This document shows, piece by piece, positions 62,003 through 64,000 of a stretch of 64,000 bases of DNA. The stretch lies in assembly GCF_052425735.1 (NCBI RefSeq), contig NC_135759.1, forward strand, positions 32,798,001 to 32,862,000, given 5' to 3'. The DNA comes from Oculina patagonica. Lineage: Eukaryota. Position numbers and translations under genes: made by a program. The notes beneath the pieces were generated by a model that saw only the letters and a program-made list of their open reading frames with translations, had not been told where the DNA came from and did not search any database. Positions within the stretch are counted from its first letter, which is position 1, and every line of letters begins with the position of its first letter.

Positions 62003-63722
62003 GTAACTTAACGGCTTAATTTTTGTCTATGCGATAAAATGTTATTCCAGCCTTCCTCGCCCGTTTTGGTCAGACAAATTCTACCTCTGCAAATTATTGT
62101 AGTTAACTTAATTTCCAAAATCAGATCAGTATAAAACGTCCACTCTTCCTCCATTTCCTATAATTTCAAAAAATAGGTCACCAAGGGTGACATGAGTCTA
62201 ATGCCGTATGGCATAGTGATACAGATTGCGCGGTTTTCGTAAGCCGGTTAAAATTGGTTAGAGGTTTGTGTTCGGGAGTTTAATTTAAAATGCTTATAGC
62301 AAGCTAGGGGCATCGTGGATGATTATGGATGAAAACGAAACAGTCATAAATGTTATATGCTTCACAAAATTTAAAGTATGAACAGGAGTTGATGTTACTT
62401 CTTCCGTATTGTCCGTAAAAGCAGAAACGATTAAACATTTGGACAAGATTGCGTGACGATTTACAAAAAGCATGTTCATTACAACAAGGGTTGAAGAACT
62501 TCACATCGTTTTCTTTCAGATTTTTCACCATTTTGATGATGACTCTTGAAACAGATTTTGCAATAAAAGCACTTGAAATAGTGACTGTTACTCCATTGTA
62601 CTGTAAGCACTTAGTGACAGATTTTCCTAAAAACGGGTGTAAATGCTCACGTCAATATAATGATGACCTTTTGAACGCTGGAAACTAGGCAATTATTATC
62701 GAGCTACCATACACAGGAGCGAAGACTGTTTATCATGATGTACAAATTTCGCGAATCATCACTTCCATATCAATGTAACCATTTTATGATTTTTCTAGCT
62801 GTAAGAAGAACTTAAGATCTCTGAGAGTCGTAAAAGCATGAAATTCGATTTCAGTGTATGGCAAAGGCCGGGACAGTGTAATACTGCAAAGCGGCCAAAC
62901 AAACGCATTTTGATTTAGTCGCGTAACTTGATTTACATTTATCCATGTACATCTTTTATTTTTGAAGGTTTTTGTTTGCACTGTAAAGAAAAAATTGGTC
63001 AAAATTCGAATGACTTAAATACAAAATACGAGGTAAAGTTTTCTATTTTTTAAAACAAAATAAATATTTGGTCGCATTGTGTAAATAAACGCGAGTCGCC
63101 GTCGAAATATTTTTTCTCAAAGACGTCTTGTTTTTTAAGCAAGACGAAAACACAAGTGCTTAACTGAACTGAAAACGAAGATTTATTTTCACAAAAAGCT
63201 TACAAATGTCTTAACTGGAAAATTATTACGTCCTGTTCAAGTGTTGAATAATCGTGACTTGAGAAAGAACTTTTAATTATGCGTGGGAACACGTGTCGCT
63301 GATTGGCTGTTTTTAATTGAAACTAATCGTGCGTGTCCGTACGGAGTCCGTTCTTGCAGCTGATCATTGTTTTCTACATTACAGCGAACGATTATCGATC
63401 CCGAACCATTCCCTTGGGATTGCTAACAGCTTTTTTCATATAACAAAGAGTCTAATGCGCATGCGCAAAGCGCACGCAAGCATTAGACTCAAAAAACAGA
63501 AATCTTCAGCTTATGTCGCAAATAGTTAGCCAGCTAATGTGCATACTGACAAACGCAAAAAGTACGTACGATTTCGCAAGCACAATGGTAACTAAAATTC
63601 TAGACTATTGACAAAATTTTTTCTAAAAGTAAAAATTTTGATCGCCATTTTAAAATATTGTTTTGCCAGAGCGCAATATTCGGCTTTATTCCCGCACAAT
63701 CCTTTTTTGTTCTACTTTACAG

Positions 63723-63773
63723 ATAGGCCCTATAGCATTGTTTTCAACTACACTCAACAAGTGAACTTATCTG
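63723..63773 (+). CDS. Possible small exon (DRPYSIVFNYTQQVNLS)
   Basis: Long pyrimidine tract plus cAG, phase 1-1, two N-x-S/T sequons; donor uncertain. Confidence 0.35.
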
Positions 63774-64000
63774 GTAGAGTAAACGTCCTTATCTCCCGAA
63801 ACTTACTTGATACCAAAAATGTAAAATGAACGCTGTAAAAAGTGACTAGTTAAAACCATGATCACGGATTACACCCTGGTTTCAAAATCCATTAGGGAGG
63901 AGCAAACTCTTTACCCTGTTGCGCGTAGATTGCAGCAACAAACGAAGCAAGTCAAAAATCGCAGTTAAAAGTTTGTCAACAAAATAACACAGTACGAATT

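Overview
AT-rich, intron-containing animal DNA, most likely from a cnidarian/stony coral (inferred from the repeat families and protein style, not shown directly). The window holds two tandem + strand paralogues of a secreted mosaic lectin. Its architecture is signal peptide - 3x H-type-lectin-like - follistatin/Kazal - 3x H-type-lectin-like - C-type lectin (QPN/WND) - EGF repeats - fibrinogen/intelectin-like C-terminus. Copy 1 (378-42795) starts before the window, has a 4-nt frameshifting deletion in its C-type lectin exon, and carries an internal tandem duplication of an [EGF-EGF-FBG_N] three-exon cassette whose splice phases forbid using both cassettes in full. Copy 2 (ATG 49189 to at least 59522) is open over 14 exons and runs into a 500-N gap. 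A probable third secreted-protein gene starts at 61948. The copy-1 introns hold many nested mobile elements, several datable from empty sites in the sister duplicate. These include a BEL/Pao LTR element, a Sola-like element with ~1.1-1.4 kb TIRs, a 1.57-kb foldback, and an L1/Tx1-like LINE split by a 5.37-kb non-coding split-direct-repeat (Ngaro/DIRS-like) element. There are also Penelope-type remnants with hammerhead ribozymes and many MITEs and SINEs. All coordinates were read by eye and family names are motif-based, with no database search.
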